Shown piece after piece: positions 1 through 12,116 of a stretch of 64,000 nucleotides of DNA; the stretch's first letter is position 1; the number at the start of each line of letters is the position of its first letter. This DNA is from Monocercomonoides exilis PA203. Its lineage: Eukaryota > Protista > Preaxostyla. Location: positions 558,001 through 622,000 of the forward strand of contig LSRY02000006.1 in assembly GCA_001643675.2 (NCBI GenBank), read 5' to 3'. The translations under genes and the position numbers were made by a program. The notes under the pieces are model-generated. The model worked only from the letters and a program-made list of their open reading frames with translations. It made no database searches and was not told the DNA's origin.

Positions 1-3000
1 CTTGTCTTCATGGGTTGATTGAATATGCGATGAGTGTAGAGTTATCGAATTGGTACGATGCTGAGTCGAAGAAGATGAAGCAGGCGCAGATGCAACTGCA
101 GTTGAAGTTGTAGCTGAAGCTGAAGCTGAAGTGGTGTTGTAAGTTGGAGATGTAATCGAATTAGCATCTGCGGTGGTCTTTGATGATGGCTCAGCAGCAG
201 TAATTGCAGCTGTTGATGAAAGTGAGGATGAGCTTTTGCATTGCGATGAAAGTGCTTTTTCTTCAGAAGAAAGAAACTCTTCAATGCGAGACTGTTCAAA
301 GGAAGGGGAAACTGTTGTAATATTTCTTGAAGGCAAAGTTGTCTCAGTAAAAAGTGACGGCGATATAAAATTTGGGGAAGATAAACAAGATGTTTCAAAG
401 GCAGTTGTTAAAGGAGAATTTTTAACAAAAGAATTCGAGGAAGATGCAGGTACAGAAATTTGGGTCGTTTGCAGTTGTGGAGAATGAGAAGATCCAATAG
501 ATCTGAAAGGCGGGGTTGAAGAATCGGCGCTTTGAAAATGTTCGGGGATCACTGCTTGAGACAAAGCATTGGAAGAAGCATCTGCAGGAAGAGGCAGAGA
601 AAATGAAGGTGTGTGGAATGGATGGAAAGAAGCAGTTGAAAAGCACGAAGAATGAATTGAATGCAATGGAACTGCAGAAGTTGACAAAGATGGAAGTTGT
701 TCGTTCGGAAAACTCTGCTTTGATGAAGAATTAGCAAAGGTTATCAAAGCAACGGGCTTCGATGCATTGCTTTTGCCTGCTTGGGCAACTGCCCCTTCAT
801 TGTTGCTGACCCCAACAAATCTCTTTTCAGCATTTGTCTTTTCAGTATTGAGTTCTTGCTCATTTAATTTGGACAGTTCATTGCGAAAATCTGCTCCTTC
901 TTTTTTGGTGTGCATTTTTTCTTCTCTTTTCACAACTGCCTCGCTCCATCTATTGCGCATGACTTTTGGTAATTGTTGATTCATTTTATTTTCTTCCTCA
1001 AAGCATGCCATCTCATCTTCTTTAAAGTTAACAGAATTTTTGTTTGGACGTTGAGATGTTGAAAGAGCCAGATCACTTTTAAAACTTGATTCATTCGGGT
1101 TAGCTTTTTGCAAGAAATTAAGAGGAAGTTTTTTATTATCTTTAACCGTTTCTGTGGGGCCTGATTCAAAAAAGCACTCATAATTTCTTTCATTGTTTCT
1201 CTCAGGAAATTTGGATTTATCGAAATTCGCACAGAAATCTCCATAATCTCTTGAACATAAACGTGGAGGGTTGTATGCTGGAGATTCTGAAGAAAGCGAA
1301 GATTGCAACGAGAAAATGGGATGAAGAGGCAAAGGCGATGAAGGAGGAGGTGAAAGAGGGAGCAGCAGAGTTGAATAATTCTGTTGAGGAAAATCAGGCG
1401 CCAGCATAGTTTGTTGACTACAAGAAGAAAACTGAGATAATTTTGAAGACTGTGAAAATGAAGTTGCTTGTGGAGTAGTAAAGCCGAGGGATATTCGAGA
1501 ACGACAAGGAGATGTTAATGAGGAAGAATCATCAGCTCCGCTTATGCATTGATCGATTTGCATTGAAAGCTTCAAAGAATTGCATTTATTGGAATTGCAG
1601 GCAAGATTTATCGATTGAGAAACATGTTCATCTTTACAGCTACAGCTAATTAAGCATCCGCTTCGTTCAACATTTGAGCCTCTTTTTAAAATTGTACCAT
1701 CTGACCGAGCTCTGAATTGCAATTTATGAACCAACGGATAAATAGAACCTAAGTGATAACTAAAGTGATTGCCGTTTTGATTGTGTGCTGTCGCTTGAGT
1801 GATTGATTGAATGCGTTCAATGCCAATTGTCGCTGGACGTGTTGCTGTTTGATGAAAGAACCGAGTAATTGTTTTGAAATTCTCTTTGGATTCCAAATCA
1901 GTTAAAGAAGTTAAAGAGGAAAAATGATGTTCGAAATTTGATTGGGTTGGAAAAATTATTGAAAAATCAAGAAAGCTTGATGGCTCTTCCAAAGAGGCGA
2001 TTGACAGTGGTTGAATTACTGAATGAGGAAGAATTGAGGAGCTTTGATGCGATGTTTCCGGAAAGGAAATAGATTGCATCGAAGTTGAGGAAGAAGTGTG
2101 AGCATCATCGTTACATTCATTTACGATGTCTGTGTCTGCCCAAATGGAAAATGGCAGAACATACTGTGCAACAATGTGTGGAATAATTTTCATTGATTTG
2201 CAATCAAATGTGAGGCTAATTGTACCAATAAAGACCACATTAGAAGAAGGATGCTCAGAATTCTTCTCATCAAAGGATGTTTGGTCTTCTGTTAAAATTT
2301 CATGTTCGTTCGCGTTTGTTAATTTTGCTGTTGCATCCAAAGAATGGCGCCTTGTCTCACCAGATCTTTCAGTTTCTTTGAAGTTGCTATCACTGTCTGT
2401 GCTTTCCACATCTGTATTCACATCCTTTTCAGGAGAAATAGAAGAGCTGTTGATTTCAGGATGAATATCCTCTTTTGTGCTGGCAAGTGATGTTGATTCT
2501 GTTTCTGCATGTCTATCAACATTATTTCCTTTCTCTCCGCTAAAAGAATCAAAATCATTTGCAGAATCTGACGGCTGGCTTGATAAATGCAATTCACATC
2601 TTTGGTCAGGTTCTTCCTTGTTGATTTTTGGCTGCTCCAAGACTTCATTTGAGCAACATTGTTTCGTTCTCTTTAGTTCCTCTTTTAAGTTGTATTCGTA
2701 TTCCACTGTAAATGTTGCTTCGCATGTATTAATTGTTGACTCCTGTTGTGCGTCTTTCATTGATTGTTTGTCTGAAGATGAAAAATTTTGGAATGCATTG
2801 ATCGAATTTTCTAAGTTTTGTGCAGGAAGTGTTATAATTGTATCATTAACCCTGAAAGGGAAATGAGCATGATGCAAAAAAGCGTTGACAGAGATGCAAA
2901 GCTGCTGAATTAATGCTTCCACATTTGAATCTGAAATGGAGTTGTGTTCTTTTATAGGCTGAATTTTTTCCGCTTTCGCCTGATAAGGAATGCTAAGAGA

Positions 3001-6000
3001 TGAAGACGACAAAGAAATGGAAGAAGTTGGCTGCTCTGATTCAGAAGAAGCAGTTTCTTTTTGTAATGAACCATCAGAAGATAAATTCATTTTTTCAGTC
3101 GAGGCTGTCGATAACGAGGATAAAGTCGTCAATGTTGAATCAACAGACAAATTATTTGAAGCTTCTGAAATGGTTTCTCCTTTATCTTTCTTTGTAGTAT
3201 CTAAATATGCTGTGAAAGCTTTCATATCTGCATGAACAACGTCGATGCAGACTCTAAATGAAGTTTGTGAGAGTTTCTTCAAACAATCAGCAGAATGCTT
3301 GCTTTCATTTGCCAAAGGAGTTGAAATAACAGAGTCATTAGCTGATATTCGATTTGTCTGTGGTGTTGAAGGAGGTGGTGGAATCATCTGCAGTCTGTGA
3401 ATGGTCGGTTGAGACAAGCAAACTGAATTCAGCGGAGGAGGAGAAGGAAGCAGAGATGGATACAGATAAGAAGGCAGCGTATGACTATGCAAAGGATCGC
3501 AAAGCGTATCAGTAGTGCTTTCAACCAAGTTATTTGAAGTTGGATGCTGAAATGAATGCTCGCTTTCCAAAGATAAATCTGATTTCCTTGAGGCTGAATT
3601 AATCGGAGAAGCAGGAAGAGGCATTATGGAAGAAGATTGAAAGCGCTCCATGTTTTGAAGACATTCCACTGAATGCTGCTTTTCAGGAGAGATCAGGGCG
3701 TATGAAGGAGAAATACAGAAAGCAGGTTGCATTGCATTACCTTCAAACAAAGAAGAATTCATGATCTCTGCTTGTGAAAGTGTCTGTGGTTGAGAGTTGA
3801 CACATTGACTCGTGCCACTGTTGATAGACAATGGATATGAAGAAACAACAGATGATTCAGAAGCAGAGGCAATAGGTGAAATCTTTTGTGAAGAATGATC
3901 AAAACGATTTGTTTGTGTATGTTCCATTTGAGGCTCTGAGTTTTGGCCCATTTGAATATTAAATGGCGTTCCTGTGATGCTGATATTGCTTCCAGAATGG
4001 CAGTCATTCAAAGGATGTGTATTGACAAAAGACGAAGTAACTTGAAATCCTTCAGAACCGATTGAAGGAAATTCTGTCAAAGAAGAATTTGAAAGAGGAG
4101 TATCGTTTGACGCGTTTCTGTTATCCAAACTTGCTGTTCTTTCGTTTTCAGCGCATTGGGATAGCAAGCAAAGATGTGGATCAGATTGCAGAAGTCTTCC
4201 TTTTGCTGAAGCTGACGCTTGAACATCCAATTGGAATGAACCAGATTGATCGTGGTTGCTATCCATCTTTTCGTTGGCATCAAAACCAGTTCTGAAAACA
4301 ACGTGTTGTGTGCTTATGAATTGTTCTCGTTCTCCATTTTCTTTATCTTTTGTAATATATCCATTTTCATTAACATTTCCATTTTTGATGAAAGATGGGA
4401 TATTTGCCATTGTTACTTCTCGTTCAGAGGCTGCGGATTCTGATTGCTGTGAAACTTGTGCTTGAAGCATACTGTTACATCCTTCACATTGCTCACTGGA
4501 AGTGTTGCGGTTGTTTTGCTGAGAAGCAGACAAAGAAGGGAAATGCGCTCGCTGAATGAAGGCATGATCCTGATGTTGCGTTGATTGCGGATTGAATAGC
4601 TGCTGAGAACGCACATAATTCTGAATGAATTGTTGCTGACGTTGCTGTCGCTGTTGCTGTTGCGACTGTTGAGCATCGTGATTATGAAAAGTTAAGTCCG
4701 CATGGAGCTGATGATACTCATCAGTATCCCCTATCAGCGGGTCAGTTATCGAATATCCATCATTGCCATCCCTCTGAAAGCATCTTTGCATTCCAATGTT
4801 TTGAAATGGAATTTGCTTGTTAGAATTGTCAACAAACAAATATTCTCTTTGCGTGTCAATCTCGTTTCGTGGGCTTCTTTCGCTTTCGCTATTCTCTTCA
4901 AAAACAGGATATTCGTCGCCTTCTCGTTCTCTCAGAAGCTCCATCTCTGCCATTTCACTGAACTCATATTCCAATGCATCTCTTGCCATGATTGATTCCT
5001 CAGTTGCCACTTGTTCTCTTTCATCATTGCTGTAGTCAAAGTCAAGCGTGTAATCATTATAGAAAACGCGGTCTGCTTTCATCGCGCTTCTTTTCTCTTG
5101 TTCTGAAATGTCTGCTTCTCCATCATTTGATGATGAATTAATCGAATCAACATGAGATGCAAAAGACGATTGAGGAAGAAAACTTCTCCTACTGTTGAGA
5201 TTGTCAATTCTCGTGATCTTGTTGTTTTCTGCAGCTTGCACTGCATATTGCGAGTAAAGCATGCTCTGAGCCAGCGAATAAGGCTGCATTGTCTGCTGAT
5301 TCTCTGTCTGTTTTTCATTTTCCCTTTGAAAACGTTGCTCGTTCTTCCACATCTCTATTTGTTCTGCTTCATACACTCCTTCATCACTTGCATTTTCAGC
5401 ATGGCTAAGTTGTTCAACTGCGCCTGTGTGTGTAAATTCTGTCCGTGTTGGAGCTCTGTACTGAAAATCAGAGCTTCTCAGCTTATCAGTAACAAAGGCA
5501 GGTGGCTGGTATTGAAGCATCGAGAAGTTTGGATGCAGTTGAAGCGGAGAGTCTTCGCTTGGCTGCTGCAGAGGCAGCATTTCTGGTTCAATTGTGAATG
5601 AATATGGAAGCTGATCCACAGAAATGTCTCCTTCATCAATGTATTGGTGCCTCAATGCTTCTTCTCTCCTCTTTCTATCATGAAGCGCTTTGGCTGATTT
5701 TCTTTCTTTCTCTTTTGCAGTTTCCATCTCACTTTCTCTTCTTCTCGGCTTCCTCGACTCATTTCTCCTCAGCCTCTCCTTTCTTCTCTCTTCCTGCTCG
5801 ATTCTTTGCATCAACCGCCGCTGATGCTCCGACGTGCACTTGTTCGGCTGCACCCAATAGCCACTCGACACAACCACTTTTTCGCGCAGTGCTGCTTTTT
5901 CTCTGTCTCTTCTTTTTGATATGCGATCGTGTCGCTTTGGCCGATCAGCGCTGCTGTTGTGTCTCCATTGCCTTCTTCTGAACATATGATGCTCGTCAAG

Positions 6001-8767
6001 ATTTCTTTCAATAAAACTCTCTGAATAATTGGAATTATTGTAGAATGAATCATTTTCGACTTTTTCTCCTTCTCCTTCTTCGCTTGCTGCATCGTCAGCA
6101 TCCCTGCCCCCTTCCTGCTTCATCTTCAGTCGCTCTTTCCTTCTCATCCACACTGCCTCTTCAGCCTGCCTCAGCTGCTCTCTTTGCCTCAGAATGGTGT
6201 TTGAGTCACGTATTCTGGCTGGCAGTGGAGAAAAGCTCAAAAAGGCAGACGGATACATCTTCTGCAGAAACGCCACATGTTCTGCTGGATTAAAAGAAGA
6301 GGTGTTGGATGAAGAAGCAGATGACGATGAAGTAGAAGAAATTGAAGATGCAGAAAATGATAGAAAAGATGGCATGTGCATTGTGTGACTGGCAGTTGCT
6401 GTGAGATAAGAGTATTCTGGTGTGAACTGCTGATAATCAGATTCTGTGCTTGTTTGGCTCAGCAGTTGATGATTCCATTCAATTGCATTCCCTTCATTGT
6501 CCATGAAAGTCTTGTCTGTTTCTTCGCTGTATTCCATTTTCTCTCTATTTCTGGCTTCTTCATCTTCTCTCCAATATGCATGCGACAATGAAAAACACCC
6601 GTCATCACAATCAATTTGACTGCGAAAAGCAGAAGGCGACTGAAACGACTGCTCTGAAGAAGACATTTGGAAGGCTAGTCTGTTTGCTGTGTCCTCTTCT
6701 GCCTCTGAGTGTGCATCAGAATCAGGTTCTGTGTCTGTGCTTGAGCCTGTTGAATATTCAGCCTTTTCATCTTGCTCAATTTCTGTCTCTCCTTCGAGGA
6801 AATAGCGCAGCTGTTGTCTGTTTGCTGATGGTTGGAATGACTCTTGTGGCAATTCTGTTATGCCGTCTTGTGTTTGAGCTTCTTTTCTTTCTTCTTTTTC
6901 TTCTTCTTTTTCGCCATTTTCGTGTGTCTCTTCTGCAGCTTCCTCCTCTTCCTCCTCTTCATAGTCATAGCCATCATCTTCTTCTCCCGCTTCTTCTTCT
7001 TCTTCTTCTCCATCTTCTTCACTTTTCATCATATCATCTGCCTTCCCGTCACCGTGAAACCTTCCTTCAATCTTGCCTCCCTCCTCTTTAACTTCATTCT
7101 CTAACAAAACTTTCTCTTCTGCAAGAGAATCAAAATACTTCTGTTGGAGTCCCCGTTCCTCTATTTCCTGTTCATCTTTTGACTCTTTCACATCAGAATG
7201 GTCACCTTCAAATTGATCTTCTTTGGTTTCAGCTGGTTCGTCATCATTGTCAACTTTTTCATCTTCCTCGACTTCTTCCTCCTCTTCTGTTTCATCATTA
7301 TTATTAATATCATTGTTTCCATCCTTTTCATTGCATTCATCTCTTTCTTCTGCACGCTCCTCTTCATCCTCTTCGTCATATTCTTCGTATTCTTCGTATT
7401 CTTCCTCTTCCTCATCTTTTGCCCAATGAGCATCATATTCGTTCACATCAGCATCATAGTCTTTATCAATTTCTTCCTTCTCCTCCAAATCTTCTTCCAA
7501 TTCGTCCTTCCACTTAACTTTTCTTATCAATTCTCTATTCTCGTTTCCTTCTGCATAACATTCATTGCTCTTTCCTTCTCCTTCACTTTCATTCGTATAA
7601 TCTGTCTGGAAAGGCAAAATAGTGTGAAAGTCTTCGATGTCTTCAATATTTTCGTTGTCTCCGCTCTCTTCCACTTCCTCTTCCACTTCTCCTTCATCAT
7701 CTTCAACATTTTCATAGAAACTGTAGTTAGTATCATCATCAATTTCATCATCATCAACATCTTCTTCTTCTTCTTCTTCTTCTTCTTTTGTTTTATCGTT
7801 TTCAAATTGGATATTTTCTTCTTCAAATGCAACTCTATCATCATTGTTAAAAATTCTTGCCTCCCTTTCTTCTTCCTCTTCTTCTTCCTTTCCCTCTTCC
7901 TCTTCCTCCATCCTGCTTCCCCCAAATCCTGTTGCAATCTCTGTAACATCTCTTTCTATATCTTTTCCTTCACTTTCTTCCTCGTCTCCTTCTCCTTCTC
8001 CTTCTCCTTCTCCTTCTTCCTCTTCCTCTTCCTCTCCTCTTTCCTCTCCTCCTCCATCTTCCTCCACAAACGATCCATTCAATGAAAAGTCTTCTGGTCT
8101 GAAATGGCTCAAAGACGATGTTGTTCTGTTCTTCCTCTCAAAATCCTTAAAGAAAGTGAGCTGTCTGTCGTCTATCAGCTCAAAAGGCATCTCCTCCGAC
8201 GAATAATCTTCTCCTTCTTCTTCTTCTTCTCCCTCTTCTCCATCATCTCCTTCTTCAATATCTTCAGCATCTTCGTTCTCTTCTTGTTTTATTCTGTCGC
8301 TTCGGCGTCTTTCAATGCGTTTCACCCAGTTTTGCTCAGCAGCCAGCGTTTGCTCATACAATTTCTCTGAAAAACATCCAAATTCTCTTCTGTCTTTCAT
8401 GTTTTTCTTTGTCATTTCAAATTGCTTGTAATTCTTCTGCTTTGTTATTCTGCTTTCTTTTGCATTTATATCTTCATCCTCTCTGTCATTTTGCTGATAT
8501 TTCATTTCTTCCCTTCTCATTTCAATTTCTTCTCTTCTTCCTCTTATTTCTCTTCTTTGCCTTCTTTGTCTTCTTCTTTCTTCGTCTTTTCTGATGTTCC
8601 TTGCCAAAATGTCTTCGTGCATCATTCCTCTTATCTCCTTCAGCCGACTTTCTCTTGTCATACACCCTGTAACAGTATTGTTGGTGGATTTATTAGAAGA
8701 GTTAGCTGGTTTGGTTGAAGAAGAAAGAGAGGAAGAGGAGGAGGAAGAAGAAGAAGAAGAAGAAGAA

Positions 8768-8806
<39 letters not shown>

Positions 8807-10030
8807 TGAGAAGATGAATGTGAATAAACGGATAATGTTGCACGTAATGGAGGAGACGTCACGTGTTGTTCTCTATCGTTGTTGCAGTCGTCGTAATTGT
8901 TGTCAATTAACTTATCAATTTGTGCTTCTTCGTTTTTATCAGAAGAATCTTCACTTGTCTTTCGAGTGACTGATAATATTGCTCTGTTTATTGCTTTTTG
9001 CTCTTTAACATTATTTTCTGTATGTTTTTCGATTGTTCCGTCAAATCTCCAAATAACTCTGTTTTCTGCATTCATTCCATTCTGAACATTTTCTTTTTCT
9101 CTTTCTTCTTCTTCTTCTTCTCTTTCTCCAATCTCTTTGTGTTTTCTGTTATTCCTTTGAGTAATTTGCATCTCCCTCCTTCTCTTCTTCGTCTCGTGGA
9201 GTCTTCTGTAATATCTTCTGTTCTCCCTCACCCTCTCCCTCTCTATCTGCCTCCTCCTCTGCTTCTCCATCTTCTTCTCTGCCTCATAAACTTTTCTTCT
9301 TTCTCTTTCTCTTTCTCTTTCTCTCGCCTTCTCCTTCCTCTTCTCCTTCTCCAGTCGGCATAACGCCTCAAAATCTGGATTGTCTGGAAGAATTGTGGAA
9401 GAAAGAGAAGAAGAAGAAGGGGAAGAGAGGGAGGAAGAGAAGGAAGACGAAGGTGAAGGAGAAGGAGAAGGGGAAGGTGAGGGAGAAGGAGAAGGAGATA
9501 ATGAAAGAGAAAGAGAAAGAGAAAGGGAGAGAGAAAGAGAGGGGGAAGGAGAAGGAGAAGGAGAAGGAGAAAGGGACGGATCAAAAGATGGAGAACGTGA
9601 AAGAGAATGAGTCGATGTGTATGTATGAGATGGCGAATGGGAAGGCGATAGCGAAGAGAATGACAAAGCAGGTGAAGAATGATTAAGAGATACATTTGCA
9701 AAGCCATAGGACGCTGAAGATGAAGCAGAAGAGGAAGAAGAAGAGGAAGAAGAGCCAGAAGAATCAAGCGAAGCCAAAGAAAGGCGAGAAGCTAATGAAA
9801 CAGAAGACCACGAAGTGGCTGGGGAGGCGTCTGAGCCTGTTTTGTTGGCAGGGCCAGGGGCAGGTGGAAGTGCAATGGAAGTGAATGAGGCGAGAAAAGA
9901 GAAGGAACGGCCGATGGATGAAGGATGAGGGGAGATGTGTGTGGTGGATGAAGGAGAAGAGGAGGAGGAGAAGGAGGAGGAAGTGGCTTCGTCTGATGGG
10001 AACGTGAGTGAAGAAGAAGAAGAAGTAGTA

Positions 10031-10063
<33 letters not shown>

Positions 10064-12070
10064 ACCACTGATGCTAATAATGTATCTGTGTTGTTTGAAA
10101 GTGGAAGCATTTTTGGTTTGTCTGTCTGGAGAAGCTCAGAAGTTTGATGGTGTTCGTTTTCTAATGGTGCAAAGTGTGAGTGCATAGCGAAGAGTCCAGA
10201 TGTGCTGCTGCTGCTGACATTATCAATGACATTGTCTGGTGTTTTATTCATTTTGTTATCAATTGCATAAGAAGAAGAAGAATGTGATAAAGAAGAAGAA
10301 GAAATTGATGATGATGATGATGAATTCCCAGAAGACGAAGAAGACGAAGAAGACGAAGAAGACGAAGCAGCAGCAACTCCAATCACATCATTAAACCCTT
10401 CCACAGCAGGTTGAATTCGTCCTTCTTCATTCGCATTATCTTCCTCATTTCTGACCCAGCTGAATGACAACGGCTGCTCATGAAAGTGAGAAGAAGAAGA
10501 AGATGACTCATTCACACAGGAAATATCCGTATTGTTTTGTGGTTGTGCCAATTTCTTCATCTGTTGCGAATGCTGCTGTCTTGTTTGAGACTGATGATGA
10601 ATGTGGTGGTTGTGATGAAGAAGCTCATCTTTCTCACTCGCTTTGCTCTGAAGATGTCTGAAATGCTGATGTTTGTGTGATTCATGCTGCTTATGCTGTT
10701 CGTGTTGTTTCTCGTGTCTATTTTGCTTATGTTGATTGCGTTGTCTGTTATACTCATTGACTTCATTGTAAAGCTTGTTGTGTGAGTGAATGTGGTGATG
10801 TTCGCTATGACTCACAAATGGATCCATCAATTGTTGCTTCTCCTTCAACTGCTTCTGCTTCTGCTTCTCTGCTTTGTTCATTCTTCTCTCATTTTCATCT
10901 TCTTCAACTGCTCTTCTTGCCTTCCTCTCTTCCTCTTCTTTCATCACCTTCTCTTTCTCTTTCTCTTTCTCTTTCTCTTTCTCTTTCTCTTTCTCTTTCT
11001 CTTTCTCCTTCCTCCTCTTCCTCCTCTCCTCCTCTTTCTCCCTCATTCTCTCTTCCTTCCTCCTCTTCCTCGCATTCTCTTTGTCTCTCTCCCTTTCCTC
11101 CTCTTTCTCATCCAAAAACGTCCGGAGCAGCCACAAATGCCCATCAAATGAAACATCCGTCGTCTTGCTGATCAAATCGTTCCGTTGCAGCCGCAGAAGA
11201 TGCAGGTTGTGCCGCAGCGACGCCTGTGTGGCTTGTGCACTGCTTTGATTGCTCTGGTTGATTTGATTGCTCTGAAGGCTTTGGACACTGCGAATGCTGT
11301 AATTATTGTGAATGTCTTGAATATCTTGCATGCTTTGTACATTCTGATTGTAATGAAATCCCTGATAATTCTGAAAGTTCTGAAAATCCTGTTTATTTTG
11401 AATGGTTTGCGAGTAATTCGAGTAATCCAAATAATTCGAGTAATTTGTGTTCTGCTTCCGAAGCCAGCCGCCGCTCAGTTCTGTCTCTATGGATTGCTCA
11501 AGAAGCTCTCTTGAAGACAGCAGACGGGGTTGAGATGTGGATGAGAGAGAGGAAGAAGAAGAAAGAGAAGAAAAGGAAGAAGAAGAAGAAGATGATGATG
11601 ATGAAAGAGGTGTGTAAAGAGGAGAATGCGAAGTGATGGAAGAAGTGGGTGTGTGAGGTGAACAAGGAGTATTAGAAAGATAGGAAGAAGTAGAAGAAGA
11701 GGAAGAAGAAGATGAAGATGAAGAAGAAGCATAAAAATTATTAAAAGCATAATGTGTGAATGGATTAAGAGGAGCATAAGGTGTATGAGATGTGTTTGGG
11801 GTGTTGATGGTGCAGGGAGGGAGAGAACGAGGTGTGTGGAAGGAAAGAGGAGGGAAGTCAATGGGACGAAGAGGAGGTGTTTTCAATGTGGAAGGAGAAA
11901 GAGAAGAGGAAGATGAGGAGGAGGAGGAGAAAGAGGAAGAAAGTGAAGAAGTTTGATTGGATGAAGGATCTGAGGCGGATGTGGTTGTTGGTGTTGGTGT
12001 TGTGGATGAAGTGGATGAAGAAGGGGTTGCAACTGCTGTTGAAGGTGAAGATGAAGAAGAAGAAGAAGAA

Positions 12071-12116
<46 letters not shown>

